Below, one piece after another: positions 61,801 through 64,000 of a stretch of DNA of 64,000 nt. Both the position numbers and the translations under genes were made by a program. Each line of letters opens with the position of its first letter. The first letter of the stretch is position 1. The DNA comes from Azolla caroliniana (Eukaryota; Plantae; Polypodiophyta), in the NCBI GenBank assembly GCA_043228905.1, contig JBHGNT010000016.1, forward strand, positions 8,928,001 through 8,992,000. Direction: 5' to 3'. The notes under the pieces were generated by a model that did not search any database, was not told the origin of the DNA, and worked only from the letters and a program-made list of their open reading frames with translations.

Positions 61801-62252
61801 TGTGAAAGAATATTGTGCGGAAGCAATAGAAAACCAAAAACACAAAAACGCAGGTTTAATGGAGAGCTTGAATATACACAGTACGCGGGAGAGACAAAGA
61901 GAGAGAGAGAAAGAGCAGAACATAAGATTCTATTCAAAATAACTCTAAAACTCTGTAATACTCTGTACATCGTATGTGTTCAGTGAACACTTTTGTACAA
62001 GTCCATACGGACTGACAGAAGTACGTTGTATTTCAATGCTCACACGAGCATCTGACACTAACTACAAGACCTTAACTACCTACTAATCTAGCTGCTACTT
62101 GGCTTCCGGTTACTACTTGATCCGGCTAACCGGCTCCCCAGCTCAACGGCTCACTTGCTCACCGTCTAACCGATCTAGCTCATCCTTCCGGATGCCGATC
62201 CAGCTCAGGCTTCTTCAGTCGATCCGGATCCGGTTGACCTTGCCGGTCAACA
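61801..62252 (-). repeat. Copia-B 5' LTR
   Basis: Direct repeat of 27950-28405. Confidence 0.93.
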
Positions 62253-64000
62253 AATCTGCCGGAAAGAAGTGATTTAACTTTGTTAATCTCGGCGAGATCC
62301 TTTCCTCCGATAACCAAGTCATCCACGTATAGAATGATGACTATCGGTCTATTCGACTCATTTCAGATGTACAAAGATGTATCAGATTTTTACATCCGAA
62401 ATCCGACTTGGTGAAGCTACTGCGTGATCTTCGAGTGCCAAGTATGTGTTGCTTGTTTGAGGCCGTAGAGTGGCTTCTTGAGTCGGCATACGGCGTGTGA
62501 ATGATTACGAGATTCAAATCTGGGTGGTTGTGTCATATACACCTCTTCTTCAAGCTCTCCTTGGAGGAAAGCGTTTTTCACGTCCATCTGATGGAGGTGC
62601 CACCCTTTTGCTGCTCCTAGCGCGATTACGGTCCATATTGTCGTCATCTTTGCCACTGGGGCAAAGGTTTCTTCGTAATCTACGTCGTGTGTTTGTGCGT
62701 AGCCTTTTGCAATAAGCCATGCTTTGAAGCGATTTACGGAACCATCGGCATTGTGCTTCACCTTGTAAATCCACCTTCAACCAATTGGTTTCTTGTTTGA
62801 GGGGTGAGGAACGAGATCCCATGTCTCGTTTTTGCATAACGCCTCCATCTCCTCATTCATCGCGTTGACCCATCACGGATCCTTTGTGGCTTCGGAAAGC
62901 GTTTCTGGTTCTCGTACTGACGCTACCTTCATCATGAATGCGTAATGATACGCCATGTACGCGTCGTAGCCATAGCGGTTTATGGGGTTCTTCTCATGCG
63001 TGGATCAGCATGGCTTGTCATTTGCGGATTCTAGGGGTTTCTTCACACCATCCGTGTGGATGTCAAGGCCTTCGAACTCACTGTCGAGATCGAGATGATC
63101 TTCATACTCGTGCATTTTCGCCTTGCCTTTGTCTAGCAGTGGACTTGGCCGAGATGTGCTTTGACCACTTGGGAGCTCTTGTGGTTCGCTTAGCCATGTC
63201 GAAATTGGACTTTCTTCGTGCATATGTGTGAGATGATCTTCGGCTTCTATTCTTATTTCGATGTCATCCACATTGAGCGGAGTCAAAGTATTCTCTAGTG
63301 CGTACCAGGATGCGGACTCGTCGAAGACTATGTCTGGACTGATGCGAACTTTTCGGTTAGATGGGTTGTAGCACTTGTACCCCTTCTGTTCCAGTGACTA
63401 TCCTATGAGGATACACTTCTCCAACTTCGGATCGAGCTTTTGTCGCATATCGTTGAGAATATGTACGTAGGCGATAGAGCCGAAAATGCGGACATGCGAT
63501 AAGTCCGGCTTCTTTCCAAAGAACTTCTCATGAGGAGTTATGTCGTGTACTCCTAAGGTTGTGTACCTATTCATGAGGTATACGGCCGTGTTCACCGCTT
63601 CTGCCTAGTACGATTTCGGTAGGTTCTTCTTATTCATCATGGTTCGTGCAACTTCTACTATGTGGCGGTTTTTACACTAAGCTACGCCATTTTGCTAAGG
63701 TGTATGTCGACACGAGAACTCTCATCAAATTCCTTCCTTGCGGAGATACGCCGACAACACATTCGAAAAATATTCTATGCCTCCATCTGATCGAAGGCAG
63801 CAGCGTACATGCCAGCCCGTGGCTTTTTCCACTTCGGCTTTGAGCTTCTGGAAGTGGCCGAACACTTCACTCTTTTGCTTCATCGGATAAATCCAAGTAT
63901 TTTTGGAGAAGTCATCGATGAACGTGACATAGTAACGCTATCTGCCAAAAGTAGTTGTTTGGGCTGGTCCCCACACATCGGAATGTATGACATCCAAGAT

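Larger units (their letters stand above)
27950..62252 (-). mobile_element. Copia-B: full-length degenerate Ty1/Copia element hosting a 28.4-kb nested insertion
   Basis: LTRs 27950-28405 and 61801-62252; 5-bp TSD AATCT (27945-27949, 62253-62257); iMet PBS; PPT 28406-28416; gag-PR-INT-RT 61718-57916; RNase H 29512-28400. Confidence 0.93.
26606..64000 (-). mobile_element. Copia-A (3' LTR 26606-26945; RT/RNase H 27035-27949; INT-RT 62253-64000, runs out of window); hosts Copia-B
   Basis: YVDDL at about 62320 joins F-ELKDL...GYTDADWAG...KHIEVHYHF across the Copia-B insertion with TSD AATCT. LTR TGTTGA...TTAACA with TATA. The LTR end at 26606 is inferred from one copy only. Confidence 0.8.

Overview
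Eukaryotic, gene-poor, transposon-saturated DNA. It is most likely from a non-seed land plant such as a moss; this is inferred from the Phygy-like, Tcn1-like and Athila-like Ty3/Gypsy elements, the plant-type tRNA primer sites, the GT-AG introns and CG/CHG C-to-T decay. I see no intact host gene. Left nest (about 5.4-26.5 kb): Copia-C hosts Phygy-2, which hosts Athila-like-2, which hosts a very young, nearly intact Phygy-1 (9528-16998). This nest is joined by deletions to an Athila-like-1 fragment and a Copia fragment. Right nest (26.5-64 kb) has seven layers: Athila-like LTR remnant, Copia-A, Copia-B (27950-62252), a 4.7-kb DNA segment, Phygy-3 (34258-57287), a Tcn1-like chromovirus (36344-52194), and a 10.2-kb Sola2-like DNA transposon (40987-51217). 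The best candidate for a new system is the 4.7-kb segment. It carries a six-exon gene (about 970 codons, now a pseudogene) that fuses a ParB/Srx-like domain to a prokaryote-type beta-class N6-adenine/N4-cytosine DNA methyltransferase, and intron 1 holds an array of near-perfect palindromes. The second candidate is the Sola2-like element, which carries a RING plus FCP1-like pseudophosphatase cargo gene and intronic arrays of the palindrome TAGCTAATTAGCTA. Other signals: a structurally conserved -1 frameshift cassette, tRNA-like Pol III A/B boxes in three unrelated LTRs, CpG-centred 4-bp target sites, a self-priming PBS, and a conserved extra ORF in the Athila-like elements. All family assignments come from motifs read by eye; no database searches were run.
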